Part shown: piece by piece, positions 12,501 through 24,109 of the stretch
How the letters are laid out: every line of letters begins with the position of its first letter
Position numbering within the stretch: the stretch's first letter is position 1
From: Takakia lepidozioides
Taxonomy: Eukaryota; Plantae; Bryophyta
Length of the DNA stretch: 64,000 nt
Assembly: GCA_030704615.1 (NCBI GenBank)
Contig: CM060731.1
Location: 73,284,001 to 73,348,000 of the forward strand
Direction of reading: 5' to 3'
Made by a program: the position numbers and the translations under genes
Notes under the pieces: model-generated
What the model was told of the DNA's origin: nothing
Databases searched by the model: none
The model's input: only the letters and a program-made list of their open reading frames with translations

Positions 12501-13770
12501 CCACTGCTCCTGACAGGCAGTGAAATCAAGACGCGTGCTGAGGAATACTCAAAATGGGTTGAGGATGAGGAATCAATCGCAGAGGCTGATCCCTCAAAAA
12601 TCCATGGTGTCAAGCGGCTGTCCATTCTGTATCGTCTGCCTTATTGGGAGGTACGGGGACTCCTCACTCATGCTTGTCTATTTCGCATAGTTGTGCATTT
12701 GTTTTTTTATTCACAGATGTGTGTTAGTGTGTTGGCATATTTGTGTCACCATTTGACTTTATTGTGAATCATTTTGGCACATGAATTGCAGCACCTACTG
12801 ATCCGCCACACCATTGACACGATGCATTGCGAGAAGAATGTCACAGAAAATATCATCAAGACAATTTTTGGGGAAAAAGATACCATGAAGGTGCGTCGTG
12901 ACTTTGAGCTACAAGGCATTCGTCCCCACCTGTGGTTGCAAAGGCATCCCACGAGGGAGAACACATTTGTGATGCCCGCAGCGCCATATGTGCTCACAGG
13001 AGATGAGCTGAGGGTGTTCCTGAACACAATCAGAAAGCTGAAAGTGCCAACGGGGTATGCATCTGCCTTTTAAAAACATGTTGTTAAGAAAAAACTCTCA
13101 CAATTAAAGTCACATGACTACCATGTGCTTATGCAGCAACACTAGAAGCATTCGTGTCATTTACCACTGGGGTAACAACTCATTTTGAGTCGTAAAAGTC
13201 AAAAAATTGGGATCGACTGGAAGTTACAACAGACTAGTTACAACAGACGTGGTAGTTGGGTTGGACATCCAATGATTGGAGTGGTAAAGGACGCAGACGC
13301 GCGAACAACTGCTCAGCGATTAATGCGATTAATGCTGAAGAACCACGTGGCGTAACCAGGCGGGCCGCCCGTGTGTCTGACCTTTTGGGCTGACTTTGAC
13401 TTTTCCCTCCGGATGAGTGGACCAACTCACTGAAGGGTGGTGACACATGGACGCGGACGTGGACGACGATGTGGATGCCGACGTGGCGGCGCCACAACGA
13501 GCACCACTGCTGCCACGTGGCCACGGGCCCGGGGCGCCACGTGGTAGTAGACCACATAACTTGCAGTGCTACATGCCCAGTGGCAATTGCGACTGCGGAA
13601 GTTGGCGCAACCACTGCTTTACTACTTTACATGAAGTGCTCGAAATTACTTGAACAATCATTCATAGTGATTCATGCTTTGGAGTTTTGGTGTTTGTAGT
13701 GAGTCAACTAGTAATGCCATACAAGAGAACTAGTCATGCATTAGAAATGCACAAACGATGAAAGACATGC

Positions 13771-13985
13771 CATGAAACAAAATGAAATGAAAATGAATGA
13801 AATGAAACAAAATGGTACTTTATTACATCTGCGGAAAGCTCAAAGAGCTTATGGGACAAAATGAAAAACACAAAGTAAAAAAGCAGCCCAAAAGCTACTA
13901 CTACTCTGGGGATTGCCTAAGGGTCAAGGCCTCGTGCAAGTCAAGCAGTTCTGATCCTCATAATGCAAGACTTCAGCGAGTTCCA
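13771..13985 (-). mobile_element. LINE 3' fragment, same family as 8960-9540
   Basis: Reverse complement matches 9340-9530 (tatgaggatcagaa...cacgaggcctt...aagctc..tgagctttccgcaga, (TTTCA)n tail). Confidence 0.7.
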
Positions 13986-13994
13986 CGGAATAGA

Positions 13995-15070
13995 CCATCT
14001 ACCCATGGAGGTTTCTTGTAGTTATTGATCCACAAGGAATCATAGGTAAATCTTGTGCTTGAAATTTGGCCCTCTAGGATGAATCTGGACCACACTCTAT
14101 CCCTGCTTCTTCAGCTATCCATGCCCCTGCACAAATCATGCATTCATCCTTGCCTTGCTGCTAGTAGCTGACAATGACAACCTACATTTGTTCTAGGAAA
14201 CACCCAACTCAGCTTATCACACTAGTTCCTATGCTAAATTGCGTCTGCTACTCTCTGAAATGTAGCAGGCATTCACCTTTTTGCCTCGGTTGTCCCATCA
14301 TTGACTGGGGGCAGAAAAGTATTCATTCCACAGCTTCTCCTCATGTCTGTTACTTGTTTTTTGATACTTTCCTGTTGTCACATAGCAGTATCATGTCAAA
14401 GTCACTCCAAACTAGATTCACTCAACCAATTAGCTTGCATAATTCAACATGGAAATTTTGGACCGATTCTAATAAGAGGGAAAAACAGGGTGAAATGTGC
14501 TGAAGAAGATGCCTTCATTAACAATGTCTGATTTTATCAATTGTGCCGTTGCTGCCAGTTGACCATCTACCCATGCAGGTTTCTTGTAGCTTCATAGTTA
14601 ATCTGGAGCTTGAAGTCTGGCCCTCTTGGGTGAATCTGCACCCACACTGTATCCTTGCTCCTTCAACTATCCATGCCTCACACGAATCATGCATACAACC
14701 TTGCCTTGTTGCTAGCAGTTGACGATGACAGCCTAGACTTGTTCTAGGAAGCACCCAACTCAACTTATCACACTAGTTCCTACGCTCAATTGCATCTGCT
14801 ACTCTCTATGATCTAACAAACATTCACCTTCTTGCCTCGATTGTCCCACCATTGACTGGGGTCAGAAAAATATTCATTCCACAACTTCTCCTCGTCTGTG
14901 TTACCTGTTTTTGATACCTTCCTGTTGTCACATTGGCAGAATCATATCAAAGTCACTCCAAACTATCAAAGCTTCACTCAACCAGCTAACTTGCAGAATT
15001 CAGACATGAATAATTAGGGGCGATTCTGATAAGAGGGGAAAACAAGGTGAAATTGAAGAAGGTGCCTTCA
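13995..15070 (-). pseudogene. Two tandem copies (~530 bp) of an exon-intron-exon unit encoding an OSB-type PDF ssDNA-binding motif
   Basis: EEKLWNEYFSDPSQWWDNRGKK | GT..AG intron | IHPRGPDFK (copy 2) and IHPRGPNFKHK..YDSLWINNYKKPPWVDG (copy 1); contains stops and frameshifts. Confidence 0.75.
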
Positions 15071-15087
15071 TTAGCAGTCATTACACT

Positions 15088-15238
15088 CTATCCTTCGCTC
15101 AGCCATATTGTTGAACACTCCCTGTCCACAAGGGTATTGTTCAGAATGACATCTGCCACAATTCCAGCTTTGACGATGCAACCATGGACCTCTTTGCCCT
15201 TCCCCAGCAGGCTCGCACATGCACTACAAACGCAAACA
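15088..15238 (-). pseudogene. PPR gene fragment, duplicate of 18036-18180
   Basis: ACASLLGKGKEVHGCIVKAGIVADVILNNTLVD; near-identical to ORF 18016-18201. Confidence 0.8.
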
Positions 15239-15264
15239 ACTGGTTGTGGCAAACTGGGAGCAAT

Positions 15265-17080
15265 ATGTGTTAGAAGAAACCACTTATACAAATCTACAGC
15301 TTACAGGCTGTCTCTATCCTCAAAATTGGCAGCACATCACCCGCTACTATGACATATATTGCCCTAGACACACATTGCCCTAACTGCCATCCCCAAGATG
15401 CTACCCCCACCAGACTTCTCTCACTTGGGTCCTTGCAAGGCTGACTTCCAGCTTTGACTCTGTGCATGGGGCCTATCGGACAACATACACCAGCAAGCCC
15501 TCCCCCTATCCTGCATCAACTCATCTCAGTCTTATCAACTGCACAACGTATGATGGGAGTGAGTGCAACATGGGAAAGAGCCACAACACATGATGAGCTG
15601 TAGGGAAGAAGCAACATTGTGCAAGTAAAGCAAATGATGAAGCAGAAAGACGAGGCAACATGGGAGAAGGGAAAATGGGGTCCAAGGGCTGAGAAGGTCA
15701 ACTAGTCAACAATGAGGAACTGGCTCTGGAGCACTATGTTGATGATTAAAGGGAGCAGCAAATACATGTGGGGCATCGCAGCAAAGTGCATGCCAATGAG
15801 GGTCAGAATAGTGCAAGAAAGACTCCACGGATGATGGGCAGCCAAGGGAGATGCAGTGAGACAAGGCACTCATGGCAAGGGAGCTGCCAAGACAAAACTG
15901 TTGATTAGGCAACGGAGAAAAAGGAAAGCACAAGATCAACTACGAGGAAAAGTATCAATTCAAGCATGGGAGTTGCTGCTAAAACAAGAGGAGGAAGACA
16001 TACGAGGTGAAGCATCAAGGGAACCAGTAGGAGATGAGGAAGATGGAGCACACTTTCTTGTCAAAGGTTGGCGGCGAAGAATGCAACCCAGCAATCAGAA
16101 AGTGAGGCACCCGAGGCTGGACTGCTGCAAAGAGGTACAAAGACATGAGCTGAGAATGAGATGTTGCCTTTCGTTGAAGTTCCCCACACAAGGGCTGTTT
16201 GGCAAGCAAAACCCCAGGCAAGGATAAGAGGTGAATCTGGGATAAAACCAGCAGCTGGGAGTGAGGAAAGACACAAGGAAGGGCAGCAATACCTTGTCAA
16301 ATCTGAGGGTGATGGCTGGAGAAAATTAAACAAGGACTGGAAGTATGGGAGCAGCAATCGCATGAAGAAAAATCTGCCTGAGAGGTTGAAGAGTGAAAGG
16401 GAGGAAGACAGGCACCTCGCTTATGAAAAGTGGAAGGGCAGGGTAGAAAACGTGATGCCTGAAATTGATGGGAGCTCGTGGGAGACTGTGCCAAGAAGAC
16501 TCCAATCAGCTGTTGCCAACAATCGGACCAGTGAAAGATCGCCCTTGGCTGGCGCAACACCACAAAATAAGTGCAGCCCTGATAGCATGGTGAGTGGGGC
16601 ACCAACAGAGCCAGAAAATGAGGGAGAAGGAGGAGACTTCCTTCCAAGAAAGTCAATGCGGGCCTGCAGTGGCATGCAAGGAAAGGGACACCGTAAGTGT
16701 TGCCAACAGATGTAAATCAGTGCTCATTCATTCGAAAGCACCACGGGAGATGAAGGAAAAGACACCTGCAGGGACGTTGAAGCATAAAAGAGGAGAGCAC
16801 TTCACTTGGGAAGAAAGTGAAGCATTGGAGAACGAGGCTGATGACTGGCAGTCTGAAAAGGAAAGGCGGTTGTGGGAAACCCTGCCAAGACCCAAGACAA
16901 CCATATAGAGAGAATCAAGCAGGTGGGAACTGCCCTTCATTGGGGTGGTGCAAACAAGAGCAAGACCAGAAGCTGAACCACATGAGAAGATAGTGTGTCA
17001 TCACAGATGGAGACCCTGGAAAATGCTCTGCCCAGGAGATGAAGAACATTAGGCAACTAGAAATGTGGGGGGCTGAATAT
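15265..17080 (+). mobile_element. Possible decayed LTR-retroelement remnant inside the Pack-CACTA
   Basis: Starts near TGTTAG, has purine-rich degenerate ORFs and ends in a PPT-like AAATGTGGGGGC-TG; no conserved domains. Confidence 0.3.
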
Positions 17081-17869
17081 GCTCTGCAGTCAACTTGGCT
17101 TGTTGAATGCTTGCATAAGAGATGAGGGGTTGTTGTCAGTACACGGCATTGAGTTCATCAAATCCTACAACAGCCCACCATCGCTGCCCACTGCTTACAA
17201 ACTGCCACAAAAACAGTTTCACAGGACTTACAGATGATTGGTGGAAGGCAAGGCCCCTCGCCATGGGCCAGATTAATTGTATGTTGCAGCCCAGAACAAC
17301 GACGGGAAGTCATCTAGGGCAGCAAACCCCATCTTGGCAGCGTCTTTTGTGTGAGAGAAGTCAAGCTGAACCTGCTCATCATATCGAGTGGGATGGACCA
17401 GATGTAAAGCTGCCAAGCCAACCACACTCATATTCGCACTCAAGCAACATAAGCTGGAGCCATTTTCAGATTATGAGTACCCGTGTTTTAAGAATACTCC
17501 TTCTTCAACTTGCGGTGAACGGGCAGAAAACTTCACAATGTGCAGCAGATTAATGGACCAAGATGCGGAGCTGAATTGGGTATCCAGTTAGGCAATGCTG
17601 GTTTCAAAACCCCGTTCCATCCCTGCGTTTGAAGATCTGGCTTGAATGGGCACACTCCGGCAGTGGAAGGCTCACGGAGTAATGAGTTTGGGCTGATATG
17701 CATGCTGACATGCCATGCCGGTGCAAAGAACAACGTTCTGAGTGGCGATTGTGATCTCAAAATCTGCCCCTGCATTCAAGCTGATTTCTCTCTCGAGCAG
17801 AGCCGCCTTGTGGATGTTCCAGCCAGTGTCCAAAAACAGCTCAAGTGCAAGACAACAACATCAGCAAGG

Positions 17870-18770
17870 CATGGGTTAGCTAAGCAAGGTCATGGTGGAG
17901 AGGCATTTGAACTCTCTGAACGTAATGTGGTCGGACTTCACCCCCTCCCACATCAACTGCTCATAGGTCTCCAAAACCTGCAATCCCCGCCCCTGTTGTG
18001 CATGTCCTGCGATCATCACTTTCCACGACACCACATTTCGCTCAGCCATATTGTTGAACACTCCCTATCTAGAAGGGTATTCATGTTGACATCTACCACA
18101 ATTCCAGCTTTGACGATGCAACCATGGACCTCTTTGCCCTTCTCCAACAGGCTCGCACATGCACTACAAACACAAACAAACGTAATGTGCTCGGGCTTCA
18201 CCCCCTAGACCCACATCATTTGCTCATAGGTCTCCAAAACCCGCAATCCCCGCCCATGTTGTGCATGTCCTGCGATCATCACGTTCCACCACACCACATT
18301 TCGCTCAGCCATATTGTTAAACACTCCTTGTCCACAAGGGAATGCTCCCACGTTTGGCATACATGTCGACGAGGTATTGTTACATCTGGTACAGTTCCAG
18401 CTTTGACAATGTCACGATGGACCTCTTTGCCCTTTACCAAGTCTCCAGGGCTGCCAGGTTTGCACATGCATTGCAAACACAAATGAACGTGACCCGGTCA
18501 GGCTGCACCTCTTCTCAACATTTGCTCATATGTCTCCAATGCCCTCATCCCGCACACATGCTGGCCATATCTTGCGAGATTCAGCGTGTTCCTTGAGACA
18601 ACATCTTGTTCAGCCATGTTATCAAACTCTCCCTTCGCAACTTCATAGGTCTCCAAAGCCTCCATCCCACGTCCCTGCTGTGCATACCCTGCAAGCATCG
18701 CACTCCACGACACTACATCTCGGCAAAACAGGCTGAAATAGCTCGAAGAAGAAGGTGCCCTCACCACATT
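17870..18770 (-). pseudogene. PLS-class pentatricopeptide repeat gene fragments
   Basis: RDVVSWSAMLAGYAQQGRGMEALETY, FNNMAERNVVSWKVMIAGHAQQGRG...GVKSDHITF, ACASLLEKGKEVHGCIVKAG; multiple frameshifts. Confidence 0.9.
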
Positions 18771-20746
18771 GTCCTCTACCTTGTGTCATGACCCATTGCG
18801 GATTAGACTGACCATGAACCCAAGAAGACCTCTTGTGCGTGCTGCTTGTATCTCTAGTCAGGTAATGTGGGATTGGTTCGTAAGAACCACCACGGTGCAG
18901 CTGAGCGGGCAGAGATTAAAATATGGGTTGCTAAGACCAAGCTGATTCCCCCAAGAACCTTGTGATCATCAGGAAGAATACCAAATCATGGTACAAAGGG
19001 GAGCCAAGAGCCCACATTTGCACATAATGCGCCCTTGACGCCATAAACGCTTGCAACAACAGGACATGGGCCTCGATTTGGTCTTCGTCCTTCTCGCATC
19101 ACTTGTTCGTCTCTCTCTCAAGCCTCCATCCCTCTCCCAACACTTAGACAAATTCAGGCAAAGGACAAAGTTACTCTTCCACCCTTAGATCATTTTACAT
19201 CCGACGATTAGAACAATCTCTACGAGCCACACAAGCCCTAAAATACATTAAAATATTCCACGTCATGAGCCATGTGGAGCACTTATAAAAATTCCATTTT
19301 TGAATAGGGTGTGCAATGAATGCCTAGTTGTTAAGAGTCGTTCTCTAGTGCTTAAAACCACTTGTAATTGCTATTTAAAATTTAAAAAAAAAACAATTTA
19401 CGTAATTGAATTAAATCGCCGCGAATATTGTGCCGACTGCGGAGTCATTGATGCAACTTCTATCTGCCATTAGAAATGTGAATTTATCCGTTACGACTGT
19501 GCAGTAGTAACAAACATCTCAAAGTTGTTCCCTCAGTGGTTTTGGACATGCAGTCGATTCGGAAAAGACACGAATGCTTCTAGTGCAAGTTCTCCATCTT
19601 GCTCTACGTGGTTTAATGGCTAAGGGCGTACGAAATGCCATATTGCAAGTATCCCGAGTGTTTCGCAAACTCTGTGCAAAGTGATTGATCCCATCTCCTT
19701 CCCCCCTCATCAACTGTGATTTCGATTTTATCAGCGAGCACGAAGGGCTGAAGAAGGAGGTGACTGTCACACTCTGCCTCCTTGAAAAAGAGTTCCCACC
19801 CTCTTTTTTTGATATAATGTCGCATTTGCTTATTCACCTAGTTGACGAGCTGGATTTGTGTGGCCCTGTGACCTCCTGGTGGATGTACCCTGTGGAGCGG
19901 GCTATGAAGGATCACAAAGGGTACGTTCGCAACATGGCAAAGCCCGAAGGCAGTATGGCCGAGGGCTACATGTTTGAGGAGGCTCTTGGCTTTGGCACAG
20001 AGTACTTGGCTAGTTTTGATGCTACTAGACGGAGAGTGTGGGATGCAGGAGAGGAGGAATCCGTGTCTGGCTGCGTGATGGAAGGAGTAGGGAAACCCCG
20101 CAAATTCACGGTAGAACTGTGTTCAGTTCTCCACCGGTACATCATTGAAAACTATCCTAGCATGCGCACCATGTTCGAGTAAGTGAGAAGCTCATTAACA
20201 AAGGTGACAATGCAACAGTTCATTCCCTTCCTGTTTATGCCTGTTTGTAATTGCTGGTTGTCATGTAAGTGCATTATGTGCACGTGTTGGTTCTCACGGG
20301 AGGGACACATTCATATATGTCAGGATGTATGAAACAATTCGAGTACGTGTGGAGGCAATCGCTGGTTGTTTCTGCAGGAAGAACGTGCTGAAGGGAGGGC
20401 AGCTCACGGGGAGGACTATGAGTACCCACCTGACTTGGCTCTTCCTCCCAAATATACAGATTGGCTGGTTGATGTTGTGCGCTCACATGTGGCAAGGATT
20501 CCCAATTCCGAATCTGATCGCATTTATTGCCAAATGTTGGACTTGTCCAGGCCTCCCTCGATCATTGCAACTTCATACAATAGCATGTCAGCTTATGGAA
20601 ACCACTATAGGGTGTCTTCAACCAATATTGGCACAAGTAGAGTGTCATATGACTCAGGGGTGTCATCTGTTTTCCACCATGTATCTACAAACAGTGCAGG
20701 AGAGGAGGTGGTAGAAAGCCTGCGATACGTGGGTGTCATTAGGGAG

Positions 20747-21800
20747 TGTTAGAGGACTGTCGGGGACTTAGACACTTATACGGGATTTGTAGGGTACCCT
20801 TAATTTTTGCACAGACTAAGACCAATAGGAGCCTTAGGGGTGACAGCAGCGCACTGTAGAGGGGGGTTACACAGCCCGTCACAGTCGTCACAGCCGACAC
20901 AGCCAACACAGCCCGTCACAGTCGTCACAGCGACACAGCCAACACACCCGTCACAGCCGACACAGCCAACACAGCCCGTCACAGTCGTCACAGCCAACAC
21001 AGCCCGTCACAGTCGTCACAGCCGACACAGCCAACACAGCCCGTCACAGTCGTCACAACAGACACAGCCACACAGCCAGTCACAGCCCGACATAGCCAAA
21101 CACAGTCGCACAGCCAGTCACAGCCCGTCACAGTTTCACACAGCCAGTCACAGCTTGACACAGCTGTCACGATCATAGGGAACGAAGAGTAGGACATGGA
21201 ACGACTGTGGGAAACAACACCTGCGAAGGGAACATGTTAGTTCACAGACACGGTTAGTGAGGGAAACGGTTAGAACCGCGGAGAGGAAGATAAAGGGGGA
21301 GACGGGGAATTGAGGGACATGATTCGGAGGAGGACTTCTTGGTGATAGAGAGAGAGGGGATGGGCAGAGATGAAGAACGGAAGTGAAGATAGAGAGATGA
21401 TGAGTAGATGCTTGATATAGGCAAGGCTGTATGATATGATATGTAGAGCAGATTAGATTAGAGACACAATGGCTTCGGCCTGATACCTGATAAATCATAA
21501 TCGGATACTTTTACGATACAATCACACTGTGTAGAGAGATCTGAGTGAAGCTGTGAAATGAATGGATGAGCTGATGGAATCCAATAGATTGATAAAGCAA
21601 ACTGATACTTAATTATCAATGGTAAGATAGCTAACATGAATACCAAAAGGGAAACAAATAGGAAACACCCCCATGATACACTAGCTGTAGGTCATGACTG
21701 ATTGTTCTGCGCGGGCCGAGTACTTAGAGATTCCAACTCTTCTATCTTGGGTTTTCCGCCTCGAATAGCGAAGGGATGGGTGAGTAAAAGCCGCGCGACA
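20747..21800 (+). mobile_element. Solo LTR of the same family as the 49585-62816 element, opposite orientation
   Basis: TGTTAGAGG...GCCGCGCGACA; 5-bp TSD GGGAG (20742-20746, 21801-21805); reverse complement of 61846-62816. Confidence 0.95.
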
Positions 21801-21990
21801 GGGAGATACTAGAAATTGACTATGGGAAGACAAGGCCCATTGTGATGTTGTGTTCTTGGGTTCAGGCAAAGAAGGGGAGCCGCAATCAGCCTGCATCCAT
21901 GAAGCAAGGTGATCTGAATGTGGGCCAGACAATTGAAGTGATTCCCAAAGTTCTTGCCTCAATATATAGGGATGTGCGCAACGAGGCCCC

Positions 21991-22076
21991 TGTCGTGCGC
22001 ATACATATCGCTACACAACTACATCGCTGTCCAAACCACACCACACATATATGCACAATAAAGTAGTCTAGCACAA
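21991..22076 (-). repeat. Terminal copy of LTR segment Y (86 bp)
   Basis: Identical to 22430-22515. Confidence 0.95.
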
Positions 22077-22514
22077 TGATAGAAAGATACTTTGACACAC
22101 TGTTGACACAAAACATGGAAACCAAAATCATCACTCTTTGAAATAGAAGTCGAGCCAGGGGCACCCCAAGCTATGGGACTCCACCCCACAACAACCTACA
22201 CTCCCATCATAAGCACACACAGCTTCTAAACGCAGGAAGGAGCTCGGTCGCGCAGGCTCAACTCGAGAGAGATGAGCTGCACGACTGCCGCTCTCGTGAA
22301 GATAAGACAGACCAGGTGTCAAACTAAACTTGACACCTGATTTAACACTTGACCTAAATCCAAGTGTTAAATACAAATAACTAGTTTTATTCTAGCTGTT
22401 TTCACACTGTGCTTATTTAACTTGACAGCTGTCGTGCGCATACATATCGCTACACAACTACATCGCTGTCCAAACCACACCACACATATATGCACAATAA
22501 AGTAGTCTAGCACA
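22077..22514 (-). repeat. Complete LTR (Y+GC+X, 438 bp), preceded in element sense by PPT-like CCAGCTAGGGGGCGAT
   Basis: Element sense TGTGCTAG...CTATCA; internal palindrome GACAGCTGTC at 22424-22433; the X part (22077-22427) matches 33426-33776. Confidence 0.85.
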
Positions 22515-22774
22515 ATCGCCCCCCTAGCTGGTGGATAGGTCCCTCTACCTCCAGATAGCTACAAGATGTAATAGCCACAGCCGTACTAAGTCCTCTATCA
22601 CTGTCTTTATCGTGCTCAAACTCTATCAACCAAGAGGCCGGGTACAAGAGTAGCCCCATCGTTAGTCGCCGTCTTGCAATCTATGAACTTGAGCCAAGAT
22701 CTCGTGTGTTCAAGGTCTCCTAGTAGCTGGGCCTTGCGTTTCTTGTTAGCCTCCCATGGTTGTATCCACTCCCA

Positions 22775-24109
22775 CTATCCAATGCAATGTGGACATAACC
22801 AATCCCCATCCGGAACCATCTCAAGAGGTGGAGTCAAGCATCCCATATGCCAACCTCTAGAGCACCGATCACATACCAGCATTGTGGCTGCCCCTTTAGC
22901 AGACCCACACAACATGCACCTCAAACCTGCAGATACCACTGCCAGGTTTGGGTCAATCCTGCCATCGACATTCGGAAGGTGACATGGCGCACAATTACGC
23001 ACATGGTCCTTCCAAGTGATGCCATCCCGACCCTCCAAGACCAAGACGCCTGAGGGCAAGACCTCTCGAACCCTCAAAATAACACGTCCTGCAGTCACAT
23101 CCAGGGTCGTAGGAGCAGTCTGCTGCAGATAGACATAGTCACCAGGGTTGAATCTCCGAACCCCAGGACGATAGCCCCCACCACGTATGGTAGCATACCT
23201 CAACGTATCACGGTGTTGTGCAATGGCAAGGTTCTCGAAAGCCATAGGCATGACTCTCTTGAACAACTCTGCACGCTACTCACATGCACGTGCCCACACG
23301 TCCGGATCGTCAAGGTTAAGAACTGTAGCAGCTTCTCTGCGAATGGATGTAGGCAAATCCGGCTCTCGGCCAAAGAGAAGAAAGTATGGTGAGAAGGAGG
23401 CAAGTGATGCTTGCTTGCTGAACCTGTAGCCCATGGCTAACCAGGGTAACTGAAGGTCCCAATCTCCTAGGTGTCCCTTCTGCAAGCCATACTTGCGCAA
23501 ACCCCTCTTTACTGTCTGAACAACTCTCTCTGCCAAGCCATCGGCTTCAGGATGATCCCGAGAAGTGGTGCGGTGGTCTATCAAGGCCTTGTCACACAAA
23601 GCCTGAAACTCCCCCAAGAACTCTCTCCCTTGGTCCGTGAGTACCTCAGCTGGAGCACCGAATCGGCTAAGCACACAATCCAGGAATGCATACGCAGCTC
23701 CCTCACTTGCCTTATCAGGCAATGGAACCAATTCAATCCACTTGGAGAAGTGCTCCACCATCACCAACACGTACTTGTTGTGGCGCATGGTCAGTGGCAA
23801 CGGCCCTGCGAAGTCAAGACTCCACCTGTAGCCCAATCCCATGATCGGAAGAGGGTGCAATTGTGGAGTAGGGGCGTTGAATGAAGCACGCACCCTGTCA
23901 CACACCATGCACCTAGCCACAAATTGTTGCACCTCTGTGTGCATACCACGCCACCAATACTGCCCCTGCAGTAGACTATGAGTGCGTCGCACCCCAAAAT
24001 GCCCCAACTCCTCATGGGCATGCCGCACTAACCGTGCCCGCTGTGTTGGATGAGGCACAATCTCACTCGACCATCCTCCCACACTCGGAGCAGGTGTGTC
24101 CCCTCCCAC
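22775..24109 (-). CDS. Integrase (HHCC + DDE core) with C-terminal PHD finger; split by a stop
   Basis: HEELGHFG...CMVC, WSLDFAGP, VLTDQGREF, HPEADGLAERVVQT; PHD CMLCG...MLVCDRCSRGWHMGCLTPPLEMVPDGDWLCPHC (~22778-22918). Confidence 0.95.

Larger units (their letters stand above)
13140..19585. mobile_element. Non-autonomous Pack-CACTA element (6.4 kb) nested in Tnp2
   Basis: 19-bp perfect TIR CACTAGAAGCATTCGTGTC / GACACGAATGCTTCTAGTG; 3-bp TSD CAA (13137-13139, 19586-19588); no transposase inside. Confidence 0.95.

Noticed and set aside
17870-18770. Functional host PPR gene
   Set aside because: Fragmented, frameshifted, partly duplicated and enclosed by CACTA TIRs.
20800-21197. QPTQP / CVGC repeat proteins (also 50146-50523 and 62466-62756)
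   Set aside because: Translations of the LTR repeat tract; frames differ between copies.
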